Source: a virus (Duplodnaviria; Caudoviricetes). From it: a stretch of 52,003 nucleotides of DNA. The position numbers and the translations under genes are program-made. Positions 44,078 through 52,003 of this stretch are shown piece after piece; position 1 is the stretch's first letter; every line of letters starts with the position of its first letter. The stretch is from positions 1 through 52,003 of IMG/VR virus record IMGVR_UViG_3300015360_000006; one strand, 5' to 3'. The notes under the pieces were generated by a model. The model ran no database searches and had not been told where the DNA came from. It saw only the letters and a list, made by a program, of their open reading frames with translations.

Positions 44078-44398
44078 ATGACAGATCAATGGACGCAGGA
44101 AGAAGCGGTGCAACTTTGCACCGAAATCGAGAAAATCTGCACCAAGTATGGGTGCCACGTGGCACTGACCGGTGGACTGCTGTACAAGGCCGGTCCACGG
44201 AAGGATTGCGACCTGCTATTCTACAGGATCAGGCAATGGGATGAAATTGACATGGAAGGTCTGTGGGCTGGACTGTCAATAATTAGAATCAAACAAACAA
44301 GCGGATTTGGTTGGTGCTACAAGGCAACGTACAGAGGGAAGAAGATTGACTTCTTCTTCCCAGAGGAAGAAGGAGAAGAATATGTCAAACATGAATGA
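44078..44398 (+). CDS. Minimal nucleotidyltransferase-like protein (Pol beta fold)
   Basis: VALTGG.......KDCD plus a distal IDFF; GAAAGGA RBS. Confidence 0.65.
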   Translation: MTDQWTQEEAVQLCTEIEKICTKYGCHVALTGGLLYKAGPRKDCDLLFYRIRQWDEIDMEGLWAGLSIIRIKQTSGFGWCYKATYRGKKIDFFFPEEEGEEYVKHE

Positions 44399-44759
44399 AC
44401 AAAAAGAAAGCGTAGAATACCTGCGCGTCTACGCCCTCTTAGTCAACGCTCGCGAAAACTCACGAGAGGCCAACATCGCGCTCGCCAATTCCAATTGGAT
44501 GAGAAACGATTTGCAGAAAAGAATTGCCGAGCTCAAAACTTGTGCCGACAGTCTGCTGTCGGAATACCTACGCCTCTGTGAAATGTTAACCATGACTGAG
44601 GAACAGGTGAAAAAGGATAACAGCGCACACGTCGCCGCTCGAGCGATTGAAAACGATCTTCAAAAGAGAATTGCTGAGCTCACATCTTGTGATGAGAACG
44701 GCGAAAGCAACTACAACGACCACGAAGTGGAAAACGACAACAACAACAACAAAACATGA
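44382..44759 (+). CDS. Coiled-coil hypothetical protein
   Basis: NDLQKRIAEL occurs twice; start 44382 or 44391. Confidence 0.65.
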   Translation: MSNMNEQKESVEYLRVYALLVNARENSREANIALANSNWMRNDLQKRIAELKTCADSLLSEYLRLCEMLTMTEEQVKKDNSAHVAARAIENDLQKRIAELTSCDENGESNYNDHEVENDNNNNKT

Positions 44760-45160
44760 GTAACGTAAACAACAAAGCGGAACGCGCCCATTGGGTGGCG
44801 CGTGAACTATTGACCGGTATTGAGAATGACGGTGACTTCGCAGGAATGGATGTCGCCACGGCGCTGGCAGGGCGCGAATGCCCTCCAAAGGAACACATCG
44901 TCGAACGCTTGATTTGGAACGCCGATTGGCGGGCCAAGCTCAAGGTCATCCGCGCCGACGCCCAAATGAGGGCACTGAATGCCGTGGATTACGCGTATAC
45001 TGCCCACGCTTCGCAACCTGCTGCGCAAATTTACGACGCGCTTGCGCTCGCGGTCAGAGAGGCTAATGACCTGCGTACGCAGGTTAGTAAGCTGCATTAT
45101 GCAGCAGCCCGACTTCCACCAAAAGAGAATACTCTTTTTTGGATCAACGCAAGAAAGTAA
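44756..45160 (+). CDS. Hypothetical protein
   Basis: ATGA overlap. Confidence 0.65.
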   Translation: MSNVNNKAERAHWVARELLTGIENDGDFAGMDVATALAGRECPPKEHIVERLIWNADWRAKLKVIRADAQMRALNAVDYAYTAHASQPAAQIYDALALAVREANDLRTQVSKLHYAAARLPPKENTLFWINARK

Positions 45161-45163
45161 CAC

Positions 45164-45580
45164 ATGAAATACAAAAATGTGGATATCCGAGACTTACTCC
45201 CAGACGAACGTCCAAGGCTGCCGGAGTGGATTAAGGTCAAGTGGATTGCAGCTTTAAGGAGTGGCACCTACGAGCAAGGCATGAAGTCATTGCGCAAAGA
45301 CACCGCTTATTGTTGCCTCGGAGTGTTATCCGAGTTGCAGGGGAGGTTATTGTGCCATAGAAACGGATGGATTGACGGAGATAACGCGCTCCGCGATGGG
45401 TCGTTGGCGACAGACAACCCGCTGAATGAAATCTTGAATTACTCTGGTATACTGGCGGTGACGGTTTACCTAACAGTAGAAGGCTCTGAGTTTGTGTCGC
45501 ATTGCACAAGTTTGGCAGCACTCAACGACGCAGGTGCAACCTTTGATGAGATCGCATGGGTGATCGACAACGTATTCTGA
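45164..45580 (+). CDS. Phage hypothetical protein (WIAALRSG.Y.QG...CCLGVL family)
   Basis: Recurrent phage motif; ends LNDAGATFDEIA..I. Confidence 0.75.
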   Translation: MKYKNVDIRDLLPDERPRLPEWIKVKWIAALRSGTYEQGMKSLRKDTAYCCLGVLSELQGRLLCHRNGWIDGDNALRDGSLATDNPLNEILNYSGILAVTVYLTVEGSEFVSHCTSLAALNDAGATFDEIAWVIDNVF

Positions 45581-45581
45581 T

Positions 45582-45923
45582 ATGAACAAAGAACAAGCAA
45601 TCATGCTCATAGCGCATGAAGACTCGGTGGAAATCGATGAGCTTACCACCAACTGGCAGGATTACGGTGACAATGTTGCCACGACGCATGTCAAAGGACG
45701 CGCGTGGGTACTGGTCAACGGAGCTGTCTCACGACTCGGTCACGGCTTCTACAAGAAGGCGTTCAAATGGGTTGAGCATCCTCTGAGTTTCGAGGATTGG
45801 TGTGTCGAATCGGATGTAGCGGATAACTGTGGATACAAGCGTCAGGCATTCATCGAATACCTGACCAGGTGCAACAACCCACCTAACAGAAAATGTGTTG
45901 ACATCTGGCGTGACCAACAATAA
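45582..45923 (+). CDS. Hypothetical protein
   Basis: 113 aa in the operon. Confidence 0.65.
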   Translation: MNKEQAIMLIAHEDSVEIDELTTNWQDYGDNVATTHVKGRAWVLVNGAVSRLGHGFYKKAFKWVEHPLSFEDWCVESDVADNCGYKRQAFIEYLTRCNNPPNRKCVDIWRDQQ

Positions 45924-45927
45924 CAAT

Positions 45928-46035
45928 ATGAACAACAACGACCACGACGACAACGACAATATTCGCATTGCATTAGACTGTATTGGGGTGATCCTTTTAT
46001 TCTGCGCCGCAATCATGTTCTTTGCTGTACCCTGA
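45928..46035 (+). CDS. Small TM peptide 1 (35 aa)
   Basis: MNNNDHDDNDNIRIALDCIGVILLFCAAIMFFAVP. Confidence 0.6.
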   Translation: MNNNDHDDNDNIRIALDCIGVILLFCAAIMFFAVP

Positions 46036-46036
46036 T

Positions 46037-46174
46037 ATGAAAAACTTTAACAAGGATCCAATATGGATCATCACTTTGATCATCATGCTTATGGGATGGG
46101 GCATTAGCATTCTCACTGTCATCGCTTGCGTAGGCGGTGCGGTTTATCTAATCAGGGAATTTATCCTCAAATGA
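46037..46174 (+). CDS. Small TM peptide 2 (45 aa)
   Basis: MKNFNKDPIWIITLIIMLMGWGISILTVIACVGGAVYLIREFILK. Confidence 0.65.
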   Translation: MKNFNKDPIWIITLIIMLMGWGISILTVIACVGGAVYLIREFILK

Positions 46175-46299
46175 AAGACGATCTCAACGACCCAATGAAT
46201 ATTTTTACAATCTTTGTCATGTTCATGGCAGGTGTCTCCATAGTTTTAGGAACCGTACTTGGTGTGCTCCTTCTAGTCATTGAAATTGTCAAAGGCTAG
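46171..46299 (+). CDS. Small TM peptide 3 (42 aa)
   Basis: MKDDLNDPMNIFTIFVMFMAGVSIVLGTVLGVLLLVIEIVKG; ATGA overlap. Confidence 0.65.
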   Translation: MKDDLNDPMNIFTIFVMFMAGVSIVLGTVLGVLLLVIEIVKG

Positions 46300-46463
46300 G
46301 CTTGTGGACTTGGGACGCGCTTCGCGCGACAACTGGAAAGTAAAGTTCGTGTGGTCTGGGCTGCGTGCGTGAGTCGTGGTGCGGCTTGCTTCGCGCTGTC
46401 GCGCTCGCGCCGCATGGAACTTATCAAGTAGCACTTATCAATGGAACTTAGCAGAAAGGAAAC

Positions 46464-46763
46464 ATGACAAAAGAATATGTGTTAGTCATACTGGCTGGGC
46501 TGGTCAGAAATTATGCTCACCAAAAACTTCTCAATGGTAAATATACCGATGGCCGGACTCTACGTTACGCCGTGATCGGATCCTGCATCATTCTGGAGCA
46601 GGCACAGGCCCAGACGGTTCCAAAAACCGGTATCGCGGTCCGCAGCATGTACTTGATCGCTATGGTCACAGTATTCAGCGAGGAAATCGTGAACAAAGTG
46701 TCACAGGAGTTCGCACTTATCGTCGTGAGTATGGGATTGTTCGCTTTGAAAGAAAGTAAATGA
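46464..46763 (+). CDS. Hypothetical protein
   Basis: GAAAGGA RBS. Confidence 0.7.
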   Translation: MTKEYVLVILAGLVRNYAHQKLLNGKYTDGRTLRYAVIGSCIILEQAQAQTVPKTGIAVRSMYLIAMVTVFSEEIVNKVSQEFALIVVSMGLFALKESK

Positions 46764-46764
46764 G

Positions 46765-46941
46765 ATGAAGTACTTAGATCCAAGGGTGGGCGAGGAGCCC
46801 AAAGTCCGCACAGATGCGCATCAAATGGTCGCCAAGGCCATGCGCTCGTGGGCCGCACGGCGCGCCGCCGCCGGCCGACCACTCACAACCGATGGCCCGC
46901 GCCGCTCGCGCGGTGTCAACTATAGGAGAAGCTCCAAATGA
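46765..46941 (+). CDS. Small Arg-rich protein (58 aa)
   Basis: Fills the gap between neighbours; ATGA overlap with the next gene. Confidence 0.5.
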   Translation: MKYLDPRVGEEPKVRTDAHQMVAKAMRSWAARRAAAGRPLTTDGPRRSRGVNYRRSSK

Positions 46942-47150
46942 GTGACGAATGGAGTCCACGCGTAGGTGCAGCGCAGGCCGCCGCACTGGGTGCAATGCAC
47001 TCGGCACTGCGCATTGCCGCAACCACGGGCCGCACCACCGGCCCGGAGTTCGATCGTGTCAGCGCACTGGTGCGTGAGCGAGACGACATTATACTGGATG
47101 AAAGTGAGTTGACACCCGAATGTCTCGGGCAATTGGCTGGCGGTAATTGA
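46938..47150 (+). CDS. Hypothetical protein
   Basis: AGGAG upstream; 70 aa. Confidence 0.6.
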   Translation: MSDEWSPRVGAAQAAALGAMHSALRIAATTGRTTGPEFDRVSALVRERDDIILDESELTPECLGQLAGGN

Positions 47151-47175
47151 TAGAGTAGTCTGCTCCCATACAGGC

Positions 47176-47192
47176 TTGGCACGCACATAGCT
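47176..47192 (+). promoter_or_regulatory. Sigma54 (-24/-12) middle promoter
   Basis: Intergenic TTGGCACG-CACA-TAGC-T with a perfect -24 element and GG-N10-GC spacing. Confidence 0.75.
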
Positions 47193-47265
47193 CAGCGTGT
47201 GTTCAAGCTTGAAGGGGTTAGACAACACGACGTTGTATTCCCGACAAACACTAAAAGATAAATAA

Positions 47266-48000
47266 ATGAGTAACAAGGTTAAAGACAAGGTTCAGACGAC
47301 GGTCAGCCCCGTCCTTGACGACAACGGGCAGCCGTTGTTCATCAGCATCGGCGCGGCGCGGCTCCCCATGCTGGAGTACCACACGCCCGAGCACACCACG
47401 GTGTCGGGCGGCGTGACGAAGACGGCCGCCGCAAAGACCCTGTTCCGTGCGTCCATTCCAACGGTCGACTCGGTCCTCGCGCTCGTGGTGGCGGCGATCG
47501 CTGCTTGCGAAAACGATTCTGACCGTCTCGTTTTGACGGAGCGGATCTTTGGTCCGTGGCTCGCCACGGCCAGCGACCGGGCCTACGTGCCCGACCCCGT
47601 CAACATTGGCGAGACCCAGTGGTCCGAAGAGGCGATGGCGAAGGACCTGTCTTCGCCGCGCACCACCCGGAAGGCCGGGACCAGCATCGAAGACCTGCGC
47701 GCTGCGCACAACGATCTGAACAACCAGATCATCCCGTTGCTGGAGTTCCGTCTCCAGATGGGTGCCGGCGAGCCCATCGACTGGGACGCGGTGAGTTCCG
47801 CGGTTGGTCGTCACATTCGCGAGGAAGATGCACTCGTCGAGTATCTCATCACCCTCCGCGGCCAGCTGAAGGCCGTGAAGTGGGCCATCGCGGCTCGCGA
47901 GGAGACCCTCCAGAAGGCGGCCAAGACTCGCAGTGCGAAGGCCAAGCGCGCACCGGTCGAGGCCGTCGCCGACGCGACTGCCGAAGCAGTCCAAGCGTAA
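47266..48000 (+). CDS. Hypothetical protein, probably highly expressed
   Basis: Strong GC3 bias, A-rich leader, K/A-rich C-tail, own promoter and 3' hairpin. Confidence 0.75.
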   Translation: MSNKVKDKVQTTVSPVLDDNGQPLFISIGAARLPMLEYHTPEHTTVSGGVTKTAAAKTLFRASIPTVDSVLALVVAAIAACENDSDRLVLTERIFGPWLATASDRAYVPDPVNIGETQWSEEAMAKDLSSPRTTRKAGTSIEDLRAAHNDLNNQIIPLLEFRLQMGAGEPIDWDAVSSAVGRHIREEDALVEYLITLRGQLKAVKWAIAAREETLQKAAKTRSAKAKRAPVEAVADATAEAVQA

Positions 48001-48014
48001 GGCGTAGTCAAACG

Positions 48015-48043
48015 GAGCCCGTTGCTCACAAGGCAGCGGGCTT
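48015..48043 (+). terminator. Hairpin after the first middle gene
   Basis: GAGCCCGTTGCT-cacaa-GGCAGCGGGCTT with a weak U-tail. Confidence 0.5.
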
Positions 48044-48091
48044 AACTTTGCCTATGACAAAACCGTTTAAACTGTAACGACCATTACAGAT

Positions 48092-48670
48092 ATGATCTCC
48101 TTAACACCCCATGAATTAGGCGACCTGTTATTCTTCACCGACGACATGTCGCTGGACGAGCCGCGCGCATGGGCAATGCGCCACATCACGGACTTTCACA
48201 GCAGTGAGTGCCGTGTAATATCAGCGGCGCTTGCGCTGGCAGTCAAAGATGCGGATCCAAATGCTGACATCTTGTATGTGCAGGTAGCGGGGCCGGAGAA
48301 TAAGTTCTACATTCTCTGGCGCGCGCCGGACTGGAAGCGCTCGCGGCACCGCGCGTTCATGTTGCGCACTAGATTGGGCGCAGATCGCGCGGCATCTAAT
48401 GCGTTGCGTGAGTACACGCAGGAAGAGCTGGCCTATCGCAAGATTTGCGCAGACTGGTTGGCGCGTGTTGCCTCGGAGTTCTGCACTCTGGCGCCCGGTT
48501 ACAAGATCTCATGGACGCGCGACTCCATGCTAAAGCTGGCCTCGAAAGCCAACTATGATCTGACGCGTCTCTTCGACGTGCTAATCGACATGCTGGATGA
48601 AGACCTTCTGCGACAAGTGTGGGTCGCAGCACCTTACAGAAAAACAAACAAAGATAAATCAAATGAATAA
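48092..48670 (+). CDS. Hypothetical protein
   Basis: 192-aa ORF. Confidence 0.7.
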   Translation: MISLTPHELGDLLFFTDDMSLDEPRAWAMRHITDFHSSECRVISAALALAVKDADPNADILYVQVAGPENKFYILWRAPDWKRSRHRAFMLRTRLGADRAASNALREYTQEELAYRKICADWLARVASEFCTLAPGYKISWTRDSMLKLASKANYDLTRLFDVLIDMLDEDLLRQVWVAAPYRKTNKDKSNE

Positions 48671-48971
48671 GAAAACAAAGAAAATGTTGGCAGCATACTC
48701 AAAGTCTTGCGCCAAGCTCGAAGCACTGAGTGTCAGGTGTGCTAAGTTTATGGAGTTATACAACTCTAAGAATACCGAACATGAAGCCATGGTCGAGAAG
48801 TTCCGCGCACAACTTAGCAAGAAGCGCGCGCCGCTGAACTTGAAAGTCTCGAATGCAGGCCGAGTCTGCAAAGTGATGGAGGAGGAATGCCGCGCCATGC
48901 GTGTTGTCATGTTCCATACAGTGGATCCAGTTGACAAGGCATGCCTCTACGAACACCTGATGAAGGACTAA
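48663..48971 (+). CDS. Basic coiled-coil protein
   Basis: ATGAATAA overlap. Confidence 0.65.
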   Translation: MNKKTKKMLAAYSKSCAKLEALSVRCAKFMELYNSKNTEHEAMVEKFRAQLSKKRAPLNLKVSNAGRVCKVMEEECRAMRVVMFHTVDPVDKACLYEHLMKD

Positions 48972-48972
48972 C

Positions 48973-51117
48973 ATGCCCATCACGTTAACGAAGAAGGCAC
49001 TGGGCCTACAAGAAATGGAGAAGACACGGATTGCAAATAGCACCCGTGCAACCGCACTAGCTCAGTGCACTAGCGCCAAGGGGCGCATTGCTCTGGGAAA
49101 GGTTAAGGATTGGGCCGGACTTAGCGTCCAACTCAACTACGAAATCTCAGCGGGACTAACCTCCCTGCCATGGGAGCGTGAGAACTGGGAGATGTGCCTC
49201 GACTGGTTCGTGTCTAGCGCCGTCGCGCGCAGCACGGCGCTGTTCGACAGCAAGGCCATCGAGTCGGCCGCAGTTCTCGAAACTGTGGTGAAGAACAATG
49301 TCGCCTTTGCTAAAGTTCAACTGCGCCCGCAGCAGAAGAAAGCGCTGGACCAAATCATCGCAGCATACGAGGCCGGCAAGCGGGCCGTGCTGGTGGCAAT
49401 GGGCACTGGCCGCGGCAAGACTGTGGTCTTCGGCGCGTTCATCGAGTGGCTCAAGCGGCGCGGCACGGTCGACGGGGATAACTTCCTCTTGCCCAAGGCG
49501 TGCATCTTTACCAAGAAGCCTGCCGTCTGGTCGACGCGGTGGAAGATTGAAAACTTCTTCGACCTACATTGCACGGGTGACGTGCAAGATAAGATGGACG
49601 CAGAGGTTGGCGTGTTCCATTACAATGCACTCTCCGCCAAGAAGCACGCGTCCAAGTGGAAGCGTGATCCGAAGACTGGCGAGCTACTGCTTAACTCAGT
49701 AGAGATGTTCGGGAATGCATTCACATTCCCTGTGTCGGCACTCGTCGAGCCACTGAATCTTGTGGTGTTCGACGAATGTCACATGCTCAAGAAGCGCAGT
49801 GCCAAATGCACCAAGCGTGCGCGCGGCATCATGGCTAGCATAGCTGCCAAGAAGTGCTTCTATATTTTCACGTCTGCCACGCCGGCCGTGTGTCTGAATG
49901 ACACGATGCTGTTCAACATCGCTGCCGAATTGGCAACCGATGAGAACATGGCTACGTTTCTTGGCCGCTTCGGTGGCGATTCAAGTCAGGCAGATCCTAT
50001 TGCAATGCGCAAGTACAATGATTACTTGGGCATCCATATGGTCAAGCCGCCCGAAGACAAGCTGCCTTATAAGGTTACCAATCGCGTAGACTTGGTAGAC
50101 TTTCCATGCGCTGCCACCAAGGAGAAGTACATGGCGGCGGAGGCGGATTACATCCGTGCGGTTGAATCCTCTGGCGGCGTGGCTGGCGACACGTCTATGT
50201 CGCAGTTCATTATCTACCGACGATGCGCGGAGGTCTTGATGGCGCCTGTCTACGCAGACTACATGTGCCGCGCACGTGCTCGAGGCATCGCGCCCGTACT
50301 CGCCGTGTGCTTCATCGACACGGTCACTTCGGTGAGCGCCATCCTTGCGAAGCGTGGATGGAAACGCGAAGAGCTGTCCTATATCTGGGGCGGCGAGAAG
50401 ATCATCGAGCAGTCGGAGTGCTACACTACTGCCGAGATGGCTAAGATTCTTAGCCGTGCCGACGAGGAGATCCTCAAGTATACGGAGGCATTCGGTGAGC
50501 CTCCCGAAGATGACTACTTCTTCCTGACCCGCAAGGAGAAAGCGAAGTTCACGCGCACTAGGGCATACAACAAGGCTCGCTTGCGGCGCGGCGAGACTAA
50601 GCTTGAGCAGATCGAGCGCACGGAGATGCTCAAGGACTACAAGCTTGACAAGCAGACTGACCTCGAGCGTGAGGTGGAACTCGACAAGTTCCTTAAAGAT
50701 GTAACACTGGGTTGCATCTTCACGTTCGCCAGCGGTGGCACTGGCATCGATCTGGACAATCAGATCAAGGGTGGCCGGCCGCGCGAGTTGATCGCCACTG
50801 TCTGCTACTGGGCAGAGGAGTTCTTGCAGGCGTTCGGGCGGTGCGCCCGTGTCATGACGCAGTCAGATGTGTCGCACATCATCCTCATGTTCAAGGATAC
50901 ACTGCCTGTGCAGCATGTCCTTCCGCGATTGCTGCCCAAGTTGCGCAGCATCAAGATTCTTACGGGCATCGAGGGAGATCTCGAAGATGTTATGGCTACC
51001 GGGATTCGCAAGGGCCACAAGGCTGAGATCATCAAGGAATCCAAGGAGGTAGTGCAAGATGGTATCATCACCGACGAGGACGACGGCGATGACGACGATG
51101 ACGAAGACGAGAAATAA
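48973..51117 (+). CDS. Superfamily 2 helicase/ATPase
   Basis: LRPQQ, MGTGRGKT, DECH, SAT, GTGIDL, QAFGRCAR; acidic tail. Confidence 0.88.
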   Translation: MPITLTKKALGLQEMEKTRIANSTRATALAQCTSAKGRIALGKVKDWAGLSVQLNYEISAGLTSLPWERENWEMCLDWFVSSAVARSTALFDSKAIESAAVLETVVKNNVAFAKVQLRPQQKKALDQIIAAYEAGKRAVLVAMGTGRGKTVVFGAFIEWLKRRGTVDGDNFLLPKACIFTKKPAVWSTRWKIENFFDLHCTGDVQDKMDAEVGVFHYNALSAKKHASKWKRDPKTGELLLNSVEMFGNAFTFPVSALVEPLNLVVFDECHMLKKRSAKCTKRARGIMASIAAKKCFYIFTSATPAVCLNDTMLFNIAAELATDENMATFLGRFGGDSSQADPIAMRKYNDYLGIHMVKPPEDKLPYKVTNRVDLVDFPCAATKEKYMAAEADYIRAVESSGGVAGDTSMSQFIIYRRCAEVLMAPVYADYMCRARARGIAPVLAVCFIDTVTSVSAILAKRGWKREELSYIWGGEKIIEQSECYTTAEMAKILSRADEEILKYTEAFGEPPEDDYFFLTRKEKAKFTRTRAYNKARLRRGETKLEQIERTEMLKDYKLDKQTDLEREVELDKFLKDVTLGCIFTFASGGTGIDLDNQIKGGRPRELIATVCYWAEEFLQAFGRCARVMTQSDVSHIILMFKDTLPVQHVLPRLLPKLRSIKILTGIEGDLEDVMATGIRKGHKAEIIKESKEVVQDGIITDEDDGDDDDDEDEK

Positions 51118-51126
51118 ACATATCAT

Positions 51127-51975
51127 ATGCCCGTAACAATTAAGACTGGACACAAGCTGCCCTATGCAGTAGCAAGCGAGGCGTTCAAGACACGAGCGCG
51201 CATGACACGGGACGGCAGACTCGTTGAAAACAGTTACATCACGGACGATCCGTTCACGCTCAGCCAGCTTAGCTTGATTGATCAGGTGCGTGATCTCAAC
51301 ATGTCGGTCCTGATAACAGGTGAGTCGGGCACCGGCAAAGATATTATGGCCAAGCGACTCGGCCATCGGCACACGCTGGATGCTAGCGGGTTGCACACTA
51401 TGGCCAAGTACATCTCCGTCAACTGCGCAGGCATCACGGATTCACTGTTCGAGTCCGAGATGTTTGGCCACATCAAGGGATCATTCACCGGTGCACTGCG
51501 CGATCGCGCTGGATTCTTTCAAGCGGCGCACGGCGGCACGTTATTCCTTGACGAGATCGGCGATCTGCCTTTGCACCAGCAAGCTAAGTTGCTGCGTGTG
51601 CTAGAGAACAAAACGGTTACGCCAGTCGGCAGCACCGAGGAGATTCATGTGTCGCCTCGCATTGTGTGTGCTACCAACAAGAACTTAAGGCAAGCTATTA
51701 TTGCCGGAGAGTTTCGAGAGGACCTCTATTACCGCATCGCACAAGTTGTGGTATCAACCATCCCGTTACGCATGAGGTCGACGGATGTTGTGCTCATTGC
51801 CAACGAGATCATTGCGACGAATGACTGGACGCCGTTGGCTTCCAACGAGACCATTCCTACATGGGCCTACTCGCGCGGCAATGTTCGCCGCTTGTACGCT
51901 TGCATTCAACTTCGCGAACTCGGCCTTCAATGGGATGAGATCGCCGAACAATGGGACTGGAGTGCTAATGCCTAA
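51127..51975 (+). CDS. Sigma54-dependent transcriptional activator (bEBP), AAA+ domain only
   Basis: VLITGESGTGKD, VNCA, ESEMFGHIKGSFTGA, GGTLFLDEIG, QAKLLRVLE, ATN, FREDLYYRI, GNVR; no receiver domain and no C-terminal HTH. Confidence 0.95.
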   Translation: MPVTIKTGHKLPYAVASEAFKTRARMTRDGRLVENSYITDDPFTLSQLSLIDQVRDLNMSVLITGESGTGKDIMAKRLGHRHTLDASGLHTMAKYISVNCAGITDSLFESEMFGHIKGSFTGALRDRAGFFQAAHGGTLFLDEIGDLPLHQQAKLLRVLENKTVTPVGSTEEIHVSPRIVCATNKNLRQAIIAGEFREDLYYRIAQVVVSTIPLRMRSTDVVLIANEIIATNDWTPLASNETIPTWAYSRGNVRRLYACIQLRELGLQWDEIAEQWDWSANA

Positions 51976-52003
51976 GACCATTCACAAGGCTGCAATGGCA
52001 GCA
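51881..52003. repeat. Terminal direct repeat (circular assembly overlap), copy 2
   Basis: Identical to 1-123. Confidence 0.95.

Noticed and set aside
1-52003. Temperate lifestyle or alternative genetic code
   Set aside because: No integrase, repressor or partition genes recognised; long genes are intact in the standard code and all three stop codons are used

Overview
The window is a complete, circularly permuted genome of an apparently lytic tailed phage. Its unique length is 51,880 bp, because 1-123 repeats at 51881-52003. It has podovirus-type late genes and two divergent arms separated by an AT-rich control region at about 41.28-41.85 kb. The rightward arm (41848 through the join to 14024) carries small early genes embedded in hairpin-rich RNA. 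It then encodes an SF2 helicase, a sigma54-dependent AAA+ activator (bEBP), a Cas4-like exonuclease, a Sak4-like ATPase, a full-length sigma54 (RpoN) and an SSB. A family A DNA polymerase is split into two genes 4.65 kb apart, with ligase, ThyX, a DarG-like macrodomain and MazG between the halves. The leftward arm (41235 to 14078) encodes terminase, portal, scaffold, capsid, several fibres, a methyltransferase-glycosyltransferase fusion, a tail nozzle-like protein fused to a metallophosphoesterase, and ejection proteins. The standout feature is an apparently self-contained phage sigma54 transcription system: RpoN, a bEBP with no regulatory or DNA-binding domain, and four correctly spaced -24/-12 promoters at the heads of middle and late transcription units, with a sigma70 promoter for the early genes. 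No phage RNA polymerase, integrase, tRNA, CRISPR array, recognisable primase or recognisable endolysin was seen. All calls come from reading motifs by eye; no searches were run.
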